DNA of 64,000 nt from Podarcis pityusensis. Lineage: Eukaryota. Positions within the stretch are counted from its first letter, which is position 1, and every line of letters starts with the position of its first letter. Below are positions 12,214 to 37,523 of this stretch, piece after piece. The stretch lies in NCBI GenBank assembly GCA_964106645.2, contig OZ067038.1; one strand, 5' to 3'. The notes beneath the pieces were generated by a model that saw only the letters and a list, made by a program, of their open reading frames with translations, was not told where the DNA came from and searched no databases. The position numbers and the translations under genes are program-made.

Positions 12214-14649
12214 ATGCCGTGTAAAAACATCCAGACTGCAGAGGTGTTATTTGCACCTGCCCCAGAGCTCAATATCCAGTTGCTTATTGGCTGGTGAAAG
12301 AAAACCTGGCAGAGAATGAAGATCCGCTGAGAAGCAAGTGGACTTTGGAGGACTTCGCTGGATGGAGAAGTCTCTTCACAGCCGCCACCCCCCACCTCAT
12401 GGACCTGTTCACTTCAGGGAGGCTTCCAGATGCTTCTATAAGAAGCTGCTCCCAAAGGGGGGGTGGAAAATAGCGTTCCAGAGTTTGGCTGTTCATCATC
12501 TTATGTGAAGAACAAAGACTGGCTTCATTCAGCACCCAGACCAGATGTTCTTTTCTGCACTGCTCTGCCCAAGGGTATTCTCTCCTCTGACCTAGGGTGT
12601 TTAGAGCAGTTGAACCGGAATTTATCCCCTTCCCCAATTCCTGAAAGGAAAGAGCAGCTCTCTCTTTGTCTTAAGCACTTTGCAGGTTTAGGCAGAGCTA
12701 CTCAGTTGAACTGTTCTCTTTAACCAAAATGACTGAGAGGAGGGGTTTGACATTCTCCAATAAGGAGGGTGAGGTAGGTGTAGCTGTCATTCTCTTACCT
12801 TGGTTCTGCTTTAACCAACCCCTCACCTACATAGTTATGAATGACCTGTGAAAAGTAGTCTTCTCTGCTGCTTTGGAATGAATCCTGATACTTTTCAGGC
12901 CTTGCCATTGGAACCAAAGCTTCATTTGCTGGATCTACCCCACACATTTCCTGCCTTCTCTTCACAAAACTATCTTTGTACTTAACTAAGACCAGCAAGC
13001 TCGTGAATTCTAGATACAAAACGTACCATGAAGAAACCTAATTACGTGACCGGAATGCAGTAGTCATATTGAAGAGAGGGAAAGAGAGAGGGGGGAAAAG
13101 GTCTGGCAAACTTTCTCAATTTGCATTAACTTCTGCTCATGAAGTAATTCCATAATGTCATGGAATTTGTAATGCTTTTGCCGTGATGCAGCGTGAGAAA
13201 AGTGCTTCAGCAGGAAAGTGCTGGAGGGTAAAAAGTCCAAAGCTGTAAAATGAAATGGGGTAAGGGGTGCTGTTGGCAGAGGGACTGAGCAGTGGAGAAA
13301 GGGAGAGGAAGTAACTGCCAAGCCACTTCTGTTCAGCCATGGAGAATGCACAAGTCCCAGGCATTTGACATTCTGTAGCCTTAACCATTCTACCAGGGAT
13401 ACTGGGAGAGGTCAGAACTCAGGGAGCCCTGTCTTTTGACATCTAATCCATGCTAGTTCTTCCCTCAAAATAAGTGCCAAGGGAAGAAAAACTTGGGGTG
13501 GGGGGGAGAATATCAAGAGCACATAAAAATATTTTATTGGGCCAGTGCTTTTGTGTTCTCTTGGTTACCAAACACATCAGTGTGCTTTGTAAACGGCTCT
13601 GAATAAGCAGCATGATGTCAGGCCAGTTAAATCTTGCAGGTTTTTGTGCTGCCTTGAAATGCACTCCCCACTTTTTATCCTCTCTTCCGTTTAAGCCTTC
13701 TCTAGTTTTTCAACAGGAGTGCCAGCATGAAGGTCATTTGCTGACCACGTGGGTAGAAACAATGTTCACAATCTTGCGTGTCCTTCAGCATGTGTAACTC
13801 TATACCGTACAGGGCTTTAGCGGCAGAATACGGAGGGCTGACCAAGCTGCATGTTAACCTACATAGGTGAAGAATAAGAGCAAACTTACATGGGTCTTTA
13901 TTAGTTAGGTAACATTTTAACGTATCCCCATGAGAGGATTACCCGTGTTAGAAAAATCCACGCTTCCATTGGCCTTTGAGCTGGGAGCCTACCAAATGTC
14001 TCAGATCACAATGTAACTTCTATAAATCTCTGGTGAATACCTAGTCTTCCTGCACTAAGAAGAACACTAAGATCACGATGGGTGGCTGGCCAGTGCTCCA
14101 CCTCTAAAGCTGGTAATTGAAGGGGCCAGGAGCCACCTCTCTAAAGGCAGGATTTGGCACAGGAGTCTGCAGTTGCTGATTTCTATAAAGTCATATGGCA
14201 ATAGATGGACTGAGATACCACCAGAATGTTTAGAACTGGACAACATATCTGGAGTGCCAAACCAGCAAATGATTTTTATTAAGAAAAGAAGACAACAGCC
14301 ACAGTGTCTATATTAATAAGTCTCAATGCCATAGTGAAGGACACAACAGAGGGCTTCTAGCATAGTGGAAGAGGTTCTCTACCAATGGTGCGGAGAACCT
14401 ATCTTTGTAGAAAGATAGCCCACCCAACCTTCTAGAACTAATGGGGTCTTGGGTTTCTGCATGTCAGTTGCCCTCATGCTGCTAACCAATTAACTGCAGA
14501 CTTAAAAACAACACATGCTAGTTACAGAAACCACAGCTTGCTAAAGAGTAAGCAGTTAAACCAGTAAGTCTTACAGCTTTTTAAAAAGCAGAAAGGCCCT
14601 TCTCTTAACAGCTGATGTTTGGACTTCATAAAGTGAAGATACAAGGGGT

Positions 14650-15480
14650 ATTATTTATACCCCACCCATCTGGCTGGGTTTCTCCAGCCACTCTGGGCAG
14701 CTTACAGTGCATATAAAAGCATAGTAAAACAGCAAACATTAACAACTTCCCGATACAGGGCTGCCTTCAGATGTATTCTAAAAGTTATGTAGTTCTTTAT
14801 CTCCTTGACATCTGATGGGAGGATGCCACTGCCAAGATGGCCCTCTGCCTGCTTCCCTGTAACTTCTCAAAGTGTGGGAGCCGCCAGAAGACCCTCAGAG
14901 GAGGACTTTGGTGTCCAGACTGAGCAATGGGGGTGGAGATGCTCCTGAACCAAGGCTCTTTATTGGATTGATTCAGGGAGAGATGGCTCCAAAGGCATGT
15001 CAAGTCTCAGGCCCTGAGGAGCTTTAAAGGTAAGTCCCATGAATTGGCCCTGGAAGCTAACAGAATGACGGTGCAGAGGCCACAAGACTAACTGAATATG
15101 CTAATGCCTCCCAGAGTCCATCAGGAGATGAGCAAGAATATATTCCTGCAGTTTCTTGGTGATCTTAAATGGAAACACCACAGGCCGCATTGTAGTAGTC
15201 AAGCTATAAAAGCATGCATAAATGTAGGGGAGTACCTCCAAAAAGCAGAGTCTATGTAACGGTCACCATTGGTAAAAGTTTCCTCTGGCTACCACCAATA
15301 CTTCCTTATCCAGGAGTTGGATCCAGAACTATACCTAGATTACAAATGTATTCAAATCGGGATATCTCCACCACATCCATCATGGACACACTAATCACTT
15401 CTACAGCCTAGGTTTACCCCACCAGCAGTATCTTGTCTGGATCCCTTTGGCTTTTCCCCTCTAGTCCACTCCTTCACAAC
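14650..15480 (-). mobile_element. L2 3' fragment, increasingly degraded toward its 5' side
   Basis: Matches the 3' end and ORF2 tail of the 21705-23483 element. Confidence 0.75.
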
Positions 15481-15799
15481 CTCCAGACACTGGTTGCGTC
15501 AGCCTGTCAGTCCTGACTAGCTAGTGATACAGAATTCCAAGGCTGTCCCAGTGCCTTCATAGATGATGTAGACATTAAGCGGCATTAATGAGAAAAAGTA
15601 TTCTGGAACACCCCATGCCAAAGAGCATCACAAACAACAACCCTTTGAGGGTGGGAAAACAAAAAAGGAAAAATGCTGAAAAGCCAGCTCCAAAAAGCTA
15701 GCTGTTCTTCCCATCTGATCCAAAGTATCAAAAGCCACTGAGAAGGCTAACAAGATCAACAGGGTAATAAAGAGGACTCTTGAGGGTTGCTAAAACTAC

Positions 15800-16280
15800 C
15801 ACGGAAAAACCCAACAGTAAAGAGTCAAGGAAATAAGTTTCATCTAGAAATGTTTAGCTCAGAAGACAGGAGATGAGGGAATGGACTTGATTGCTTTCAT
15901 AAGGGGCAAAAAAATGCCATAAAGAAGATGGAGTAAAGTAGTACAAGAAACACACAAAATAGATTACTTCTTCATAGCACACATACTTGAAAACTACTGA
16001 ATTTGCTGCTAGGAAATGTAATGACTACTGACTTGCATGGCTTTAAAAGGGGTGTGCAGAAATTAATGGAGGATAAGTCTCTCCATGGCTTCTAGCTACA
16101 ATGGCTGTGTTACTTCTAGTAGAGGTAGTATGTCTACTAGATGCTGTGGAATACAAGTGGGGAGAGTGCTTTTCTGCTCTCATGTACTACTTGTGGGCAT
16201 CTGTCAGCCATCCACTTGGCCACTGTGAGAACAGGATGCTAGGCTAGATGAGTTTTTGGCCTGATCCAGCTGGACTCTTA
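15800..16280 (+). mobile_element. Degraded CR1 3' fragment
   Basis: Similar to the CR1 tail at 55962-56260 (..ggccactgtgagaacaggatgct..cctgatccag). Confidence 0.6.
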
Positions 16281-17178
16281 CGTTTGTGGGGACCCATCTA
16301 TACCTACAAGTCTTAACATCTTTGAAAAATCCCAACATCACAGTGCAGCTGTAATCAATGTACTGGCGATAACTGCTGAAGTACATGGGAGATTGTTTTT
16401 GGAATTTATAGACTGCTGGAAGTAATAGAATGTCATTCCTGCCCCCCACTTGCTGATCATGTAAAGTTTACATATTTTCCCTCCTTTCTGATTAGGTAAA
16501 GATTGTTGCCATTTTCCAAAAGCGGCAACAGGCATCAGAATTGATATGGCTGGTGGAATTCCTGCTGCCTGTGCTTTACACATGCACCCATGTGGAAGTC
16601 ATCTTTCTGCAATACAATTCCACATGGTGTGTGAATTTTGCAACCATGTGGTCAGGGCAGATTATGCGGGGCTTTCCCCTGCAACCAGCAAACTACCCAA
16701 GCTATCTGACTCACCCTCATATTTGCATAGGTTAATAAAATTGTAGAGTTGGAATGTTTCCCAAGGATCATCTAGTCCAATTCCCCTGCGATGCAGGAAT
16801 CTCAGCTTGCAGGTCCAAGCCACATGACATTGCATCAGAGAACAGTGGAGTGGCTTCCATGTGGAATTCAACCAATGTTATGGACGCCTCTTAACATCTA
16901 TTAGCACCTGTGAAAGCAGGTGACAACCAATCTCATCATGTTACACTTCATTTGATGTCATGTTACAGTAAAAAAATACGTCTGATTCTAGTTCATCAAC
17001 AATGGAGGCTTTGAGCTGCATATATGGGCTACCAGAAAGCAGCTACAGTAGTTTCTAATTCCACTTCACTAGCACAATAATTAACTCTTCTTAACAGCAA
17101 TATGTCAAAATCAAACCTTCTAAGCTTACTTGATCTCTAGAGGTAGATGGACACATTAAAGGCCAGTCTGTCCCAGTA

Positions 17179-17393
17179 CAGTGGTACCGCGGGTTACAGA
17201 CGCTTCAGGTTACAGACTCCACTAACCCAGAAATAGTACCTCGGGTTAAGAACTTTGCTTCAGGATGAGAACAGAAATCGTGTGACAGCGGCAGTGGGAG
17301 GCCCCATTAGCTAAAGTGCTTCAGGTTAAGAACAGTTTCAGGTTAAAAACGGACCTCTGGAATGAATTAAGTTCTTAACCCGAGGTACCACTG
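17179..17393. mobile_element. Tc1/mariner (Tigger-like) MITE
   Basis: TIR CAGTGGTACC..., TA TSD; related to 56354-56587 in the opposite orientation. Confidence 0.85.
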
Positions 17394-19872
17394 TACTACA
17401 TGGGGATGGATCTAAGTCCATCGTGTCCTGTTCTTTAAAGTGTTTGCACATTGTTAGCCATGTTTCTGCTGTATAATTCACTCTGAGAGTGAGAGTGGCA
17501 AGAAGCCCTGCTAACCACTCCAGGCTGTGGATGGCTGGAAGACTTCCCTGGGTCTTTAAAAAAAAAATGGGCACAGAGGAAGTGCTGTAGCACTCAGACC
17601 ATCTCATAAAGGAATCCACTGTAAAGTGGACTCATGATTCTATCCAAATCTTGATTTTCCCAGATGAGATCCAGTAACTCCAATTTGGAATCTGAATTCT
17701 GTGGATTCCTCCCTGCTAAGAGCTTTCAACTGCATGTCTCTAGTTACACACCCACACACCCAACTAATAAACTCCACATAGCACTTAGTTGCAATCTCCT
17801 AATCCACAGGCACCATTTTAATGCAAACACCAAATTTATCCACTGTTTTTGCAATAGTAGCTTCCAGCTCAAAGTTTTATATACTCGAGAGCTGTTTAGA
17901 GCTAAGAGCTACTGCAGTAATAATCCTGTCTGTGTACACTGTACACGCTTTGTTTTTTGGAATCGTAACCATTGTGGATTAAACCAAAAGTAGTGGTTTG
18001 AAGCCCTACAAAGCCAATGCATATTGCAGAAAGGCAAGTATTACGTGAAGGATCTTTTAAAGACAAATAACAAGGTTGTGTAACAGAAGGTAGATGTGCT
18101 TCCAAGGTATGGTCTGAGGGAATATGATACAAAACCTTGTCAAACCTTGTCAGACCCAAAGTTTGTTTGGGTCTAGTCAGTACTTTGATGCAGTGTTTGA
18201 AACTCCCATTGTTCTAGGCACATTTTGCAACAGGGAATTTCATTAGTGCAAAGTTTCTGAGCTCTGGGTGCAGTTCTGTGCCTAAGATTTCAGATTAAAA
18301 CTGCAGAGTGGAAGGAAAGGCGGACCTTTTTCTGCCTCCCTACTTCCAGCTACTCTCTGAAGACTGGAGAAGAGACCCTCTTAAGAATATTTGGGGGGGT
18401 GGGCAGAGGAAGGACTAGACCATGTGAATAATGAATGTAATATTTTAACTGCAGTTCGTTCATTTTCAGCTTTGTATTCTTGTTATAAAAAAAGCTCGCC
18501 TAGACATTCCGTTTTTGCACCCATAACCTAGGTTTAAGGTGCCATTTAGCTCCTAGCTTTCATATTTCAGTTTCTAACACTGCTTTGATGGGAGATCAGA
18601 CAAGAACCCCATGTACATTACACCTTGAACTCTGGGATGGAAGAAAGGCGGGGGTACAAACATACGTTAAAAAAAATTAATTTAGAATTAGTCATGTTAC
18701 TAACTCTAACATCAGCACATCCCAAATAAGCCATTAACTCCTACTCCACAGTGGTCTAATTAGGAAGCCCATACCAGCACAAGTGTTCTTGAAAAGTGAA
18801 GAATAGATCGCTCTAGATTTCTATCCTAGGAGATTTAATTTACTGCCTTTTTCTAAAAACAAACCAACTCAAGAATGTGTTAAGCGCACTCTTACTAGTC
18901 TGCAGTCTTAAGCATCTTTACGATGCAATAGTTTCCACTGAACTCAGATGTATTTGGGTATGTCTAAGGCTGGTAGCTCCTAACACTACACAACCATTGC
19001 TCTACTATTGTAAGCTGCATGTGCAATTTTGTACACTTGCAATTTTCAGATTTCAGGAGTGCAGCACTCTTTGTCAGTATACATTTTCACTATCTTCCCA
19101 TTCTAGTGAGCTTGACATGGTCTTGTGTGTGGAGACAGCAAATTAGAAGTGTTTAATAGCAAATTAGAAGATGAGGTGGGAAAGAAACAATACTAAAATG
19201 CTGCTTAATGGGAGGGGGGACCCCTGGTTTTTGTTTTTAAAAATTGTGTTAAAGGGCTTTTTCATTTTGGTGCTGTGAAATTAAATTATTGTGTAAAAAA
19301 ATAAGCATGCTGATTAAATGCTGCCACTGGGAAAGGCAATGGCAAATATATGTCCAACCAGATGTGTGGTGATAGATTCAGAACCACACTTTTTTTAAAA
19401 AGGTGGAAGATTAGGTCCAAGGCAATCTATGAGTTGCATTCAACATAGCACCAAGGTTTACTTTAAGATTCTTGTCCCACTGAACAAGCAGCCAGTACAC
19501 TGTTCTCCCCTGAACTTTTTGTAGCTGAAAGAACATGAAAGATAGAAGAATAAAGTAAGAATTAACAGAGAGAGAGTAAGGAATAAAAAACAACAGAGAA
19601 GGAAGGAAACCTAGGAAATCTTGGGAAATGAAAAAGAGAGCGATGGAGCAAGAAAAATAGAGGTGAATATGAATGAATGGAAGAATAAGGGGACCCCCCA
19701 ATTATTTTGAGGAGATTATCTCACTTCCTTAAATATAGTTGGGTTCTGTGACTCCCTTGCCATAGAAAGCAAAACTACGAATCTGAGCCCCCACCCTAAT
19801 TTATAAAGTTTCCCTGTTATAAATTGTTATTATCCCTGTAAAATATGTTGAAGATTCTGTTTCTGTCTTATC

Positions 19873-20603
19873 GTTGTGATATAATAAGGGTTAATGGAGA
19901 TCTTCACAAAATTGTTGCTCAAAACTGAATGTTTGTTGCCTCTAACACACATTATTTACAACACTGTCTGGAATAAGGTCCAGGATGCAAATGAATTAAT
20001 ATCAAAAGTATCTCTTGGCCTACCTTGCTCAGTCTGCAAAGCCTAGCAATCTGTTGGGCCTTGCAGAGGGCGGCCTCCTCTCAACCTTGGAGTCTCTCTG
20101 AGATGTTGCCTTCTACAGAACAGAACTTTCCAGAAGTCTGGTCCTGTGATATGAGTCGTCTTTTCAACATTTAGTTCTCCAGGTCAGGAGCAAAGCTCCA
20201 GGAATCTGTTATAATTGAGAAAAGCAAACCAGAGGGTTGGAGAAGAAAGGTCAAGGAACCAGCACAAAGAGCTGAAAGGAAAGTTGGGGGCCTGTTGAAA
20301 TGGCGAGAACTAAATGTGTTTCGGAGGCCTGAGTTGTACCGAAGAGCAGAAGCAGGAAGGAGTCACTTCAAAGCCTGAGCAGAACTCAGCTATGACTGCT
20401 GGAGACTGCTTTAGGGCCACAGGTACCTGAACACTAAACTGCACCACTTTGCCTTTGTAAAGAGTTTATTGCTGGCTAGGACAAGCACAAAGTCTCGGGG
20501 TGAAATTCTAACATGCACCCCTACCTGTCCGAATAAAAGTTTGATCATTTGATTTTCTTGTTTGTATTAGCCCTTAGCTCAGAACATTATTTTGTACACA
20601 ACA
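19873..20603 (+). mobile_element. Possible solo LTR
   Basis: (T)GTTGTG...CACAACA termini with TATC on both flanks, a TATA-like motif at about 20209, and AATAAA at 20532. Confidence 0.4.
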
Positions 20604-21704
20604 TATCTTTCTAGCTCGATAAAGCCCCATGGGAACATTGGGTGAACTGTTGTTCCAAGGACTAGGGACTTGACCCAGTTCTCTGTACAGGCAGCTTGTC
20701 GTATGTTACAACTGATGGGTCTGGATGCAAATGTACATCCTTCTGAACATTTTTTTTAAAAACACACACATCTACCCAGTTCAATGACTTCGTGGACATC
20801 ACAAACAAACCCCCACTCCTAAAATGTTGAACATGTAAAACAAACAAACCCTGAGGGCATGCTCACATAATTCTGAAATTGTTTCCAGTACATGCAGGAA
20901 AAGTATTCTGACAATCAAATATATATTTTGCAAAAGTGTCACACTTGTGAGTGGAAACTAGACAGATGGAATGGAAAGACTGAATATCTTCTGTGTTCTT
21001 GGTGCTACAGCTCTTCACACCTAAGATTTACCAAGTGTTTATGCAAATAAACAACAGTCAGCAGATATGTTAAACATCTTTCATTTCCTCATTATACCTT
21101 GTGATTTGTGCTGCAAGATTTGCTACACTAGCCAAAGCAGGCTATAGCTATGGTCTATTAGCACATTAACCTACTGGCAGCATGGTGTCACAACTTGATC
21201 TAAGGTGTGTAACAACAGCTATACTACCCCCAAACAAATAAATGGTAGAAAAATTAAGAAGTGGATTCTCAAATGCATTCTTGGTTGACCTAAAGATGGA
21301 TTCTGGGTCTGAAAATACTGAAGAGTTCTGGTTCAGCAAGACTCATTTCTGATCCATGTAAACGTAGAGGATAACATAGCAGTACTTGGAACTATCACAA
21401 GAGGCCACTGTTGAACAACCTCACTCCATGGAAGAGAAGGTGGAATTTTTGCAGAAAAATTAAGACTTGTGTAGATAGAAAAAAATCAAATGGCACACAT
21501 AGCATAAACTTCTAGTAAAAGCAGAAAGCTGTCACCAGCTGTGATTCCCTTATAGGCACCGTGGCTTTGCGGTGTGATTCAGCTAACAACAAACCCTGCA
21601 GGTTTAGCAACAAAATTAACGCTCTCTTGAACTGGCTCAAACTCCACAAAGCATGAGAACCAGAAGCTAAAGCTGATGTCTTCACATACATACCTCTTGA
21701 TCAC

Positions 21705-23483
21705 TAATAATAATAATAATAATAATTTATTATTTATACCCCGCCCATCTGGCTGGGTTTCCCCAGCCACTCTGGGCGGCTTCCAAAAGAATATTAAAAT
21801 ACTATGATACATCAAACATTAAAAGCTTCCCTAAACAGGGCTGCCTTCAGATGTCTTCTAAAAGTCTGGTAGTTGTTGTTCTCTTTGACATCTGGTGGGA
21901 GGGCGTTCCACAGGGAGGGCGCCACTACCGAGAAGGCCCTCTGCCTGGTTCCCTGTAACTTGGCTTCTCGCAGTGAGGGAACCGCCAGAAGGCTCTCGGT
22001 GCTGGACCTCAGTGTCCGGGTAGAACGATGGAGGTGGAGACGCTCCTTCAGGTATACTGGACCGAGGCCGTTTAGGGCTTTAAAGGTCAGCACCAACACT
22101 TTGAATTGTGCTCGGAAACGTACTGGGAGCCAATGTAGGTCTTTCAAGACCGGTGTTATATGGTCTCGGCGGCTGTTCCCAGTCACCAGTCTGGCTGCTG
22201 CATTCTGGATTAGTTGTAGTTTCCGGGTCACCTTCAAAGGTAGCCCCACGTAGAGCGCATTGCAGTAGTCCAAGCGGGAGATAACCAGAGCATGCACCAC
22301 TCTGGCGAGGCAGTCCGCGGGCAGATAGGGTCTCAACCTACGTACCAGATGGAGCTGGTACACAGCTGCCCTGGACACGGATTTAACCTGTGCCTCCATG
22401 GACAGCTGTGAGTCCAAAATGACTCCCAGGCTGCGCACCTGGTCCTTCAGGGGCACGGTTACCCCATTCAGGACCAGGGAATCCCCCACACCTGCCCGCC
22501 TCCTGTCCCCCAGAAACAGTACTTCTGTCTTGTCAGGATTCAACCTCAATCTGTTTGCCGCCATCCATCCTCCAACCGCCTCCAGACACTCACACAGGAC
22601 CTTCACCGCCTTCACTGGTTCTGATTTAAAGGAGAGGTAGAGCTGGGTGTCATCTGCATACTGATGAACACCCAGTCCAAACCCCCTGATGATCTCTCCC
22701 AGCGGCTTCATATAGATATTAAAAAGCATGGGGGAGAGGACAGAACCCTGAGGCACCCCACAAGTGAGAGCCCAAGGGTCTGAACACTCATCCCCCACCA
22801 CCACTTTCTGAACACGGCCCAGGAGGAAGGAGCGGAACCACTGTATGACAGTGCCCCCAGCTCCCAGCCCCTCAAGACGGTCCAGAAGGATGTTATGGTC
22901 GATGGTATCAAACGCCGCTGAGAGATCCAGCAGAACTAGGAAACAGCTCTCACCTTTGTCCCTAGCCCGCCGGAGATCATCAACCAGTGCGACCAAGGCA
23001 GTTTCAGTCCCGTGATGAGGCCTGAATCCCGATTGGAAGGGATCCAAATGGTCCGCTTCTTCCAGGCGTGCCTGGAGTTGTTCAGCAACCACTCGCTCAA
23101 TCACCTTGCCCAGGAATGGAAGATTTGAGACTGGGCGATAGTTGGCCATCGTGGCCGCATCTAAAGATGGTTTTTTAAGAAGCGGTTTAATAACCGCCTC
23201 TTTCAGCGGGTCTGGGAAGGCTCCCTCACGGAGGGAAGCATTCACCACCCCACGAAGCCCATCGCCCAGCCCTTCCCGGCTAGCTTTTATAAGCCAGGAT
23301 GGGCAAGGATCAAGGAGACAGGTGGTTGGTTTCACTTGTCCAAGCAGCCTGTCCACATCCTCGGAGGTAACAGATTGGAATTGATCCCACACAATTTGAC
23401 TAGACAGGACTCTAGCACTCCCCCGCCCCGGCCCTGCTCCCACGGTGGCGTCTACCTCTTCCCGAATCTGAGCGACTTTATCT
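21705..23483 (-). mobile_element. 5'-truncated L2-clade LINE with an intact RT ORF (21812-23443)
   Basis: 543-aa open frame with NYRPVSNL, LLDLSAAFD, GVPQGSVLSP, YADD and the L2-type C-terminus (HITPVLKDLHWLP, WNALP). Short 3'UTR ending in a (TTA)n tail. Confidence 0.93.
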
Positions 23484-23622
23484 AGTCAGGTTGTGCAGTG
23501 ACACATGTGCTGACTTAAACTTACCCTCCATGCACCCACACTTCTTGGACTTTCAGGGCCAAATCTAGATGAGGATGGAGAGCAAAGATACCGCAAGTTG
23601 TCCTGACCTTAAGGAGCATATA

Positions 23623-23986
23623 GTAAAGGTAAAGGTACCCCCTGACCGTTAGGTCCAGTCATGGATGACTCTGGGGTTGAGGCGCTCATCTCGCTTTACT
23701 GGCTGAGGGAGCTGATGTTTGTCCACAGACAGCTTCCAGGTCATGTGGCCAGCATGACTAAGCCGCTTCTGGCGAACCAGAGTAGCACACGGAAACACCA
23801 TTAACCTTCCCACCAGAGCGGTACCTATTTAACTACTTGAACTTTGACGTGCTTTCAAACTGCTAGGTTGGCAGGAGCAGGGAGCGAACAATGGGAGCTC
23901 ACCCCATCGCTGGGATTCAAACCACCAATCTTCTGATCGGCAAGCCCTAGGCTCTGTGGTTTAGGCCACAGCGCCACCTGCGTCCC
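23623..23986 (-). mobile_element. Full-length Sauria SINE
   Basis: GGGACGC head and (ACCTTT)n tail on the minus strand; TSD TTAAGGAGCATATA (23609-23622, 23987-24000). Confidence 0.88.
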
Positions 23987-24923
23987 TTAAGGAGCATATA
24001 TGCCTTACTAAATACAAGCCTGAGAAGCAAGAAGGGCAGGATAAGCTGGTTGTGGTCAAGTTTATTATTCTAGATTGGAAGCTGTAACATTCTGAATGAG
24101 AGAAAAATGTTAATTCACTATCATGTTGAGGTTTCCCCCAGCAGGCAAGACGTCTGGGGTGGCTTTAAAACCAAGCCAGATGGGTGGGGTATAAATAATA
24201 ATTTATTTGTATTATCAGTGGCAGGGCATCTGTTTTGCCTCCAGGTCTCAAGTTCAATCTCCAACATCTCCAGTAGGGCTGGGACACACCCCAGGGGTGG
24301 TCTGTTGTTTTTATATTTATTGTGTATTTTGTGGTTTTATATTTTGATTTTATTCTGTGAACTGCCCTAAGACCCCCCCAGGTATAGCGCGGTATATAAA
24401 TTATTTTTAAAAACCGCAAAACCATGGAGAGGCGCTGCCAGTCGGTGTGCAGAATACTGAGCTAGTTGGACCCAATGGTCTTCTCAGTATAACGCTGCTT
24501 CCCGCGTTGCCTATGCAACCCGAGATGCTTAGTGGGGTTAAAACAGACTACTGTATGTCGCTACAATTCCGTTTGTCGCTACAATTGGAGCGACAAACGG
24601 AAGGGTTAAGCCCCTTCTGCCAACACACCACAAACGACTGTGTGTGTGTAGAAAGGGGTGCGCGTGCAGGAAGGTGTTGCACTTCTCCCTCTTTATTCAC
24701 GGTGTAAAATGGAGACGACCACTTCCCCGCACCCTTAAAACAGGAAACCGGGAGTGAGGTGCCAGTGCGGCCACTCTTCTCCCGCCTCTCTATGATACGC
24801 TCCCGCAGAAAGGGCGGAAGCCTCGGTCCCATGACGACGATAACACCCGCGTCGCTGGGGAGATGACGACACTCAGGGAGGCGGGGCCTGGAAGGCCGCG
24901 GGGGTAATCGGGGATCCCCTGCT

Positions 24924-37511
<12,588 letters not shown>

Positions 37512-37523
37512 GTAAGGGAGAGC

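Larger units (their letters stand above)
12800..23564 (-). pseudogene. Candidate decayed multi-exon VWA/Cache-domain (CACHD1/alpha2delta-like) pseudogene
   Basis: Exon-like segments with splice signals at 23525-23564, 21290-21465, 21098-21199, 20867-21020, 17600-17712 and 12800-13009. The junctions 21290/21199 and 21098/21020 are phase-compatible. Motifs occur in CACHD1 order (VNVLIDHSYS, KVLYH, LPNQKGGKICKLYMISKWG, DCEHCF, LLVLVKYK..KRR), with several in-frame stops and frameshifts. Similarity was judged by eye from memory. Confidence 0.5.

Noticed and set aside
18990-19110. Minus-strand KIVKMY...VYKIAHAAYNS resembling a myosin motor segment
   Set aside because: No P-loop or other myosin motifs nearby. 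It is either chance or part of the candidate CACHD1-like relic.
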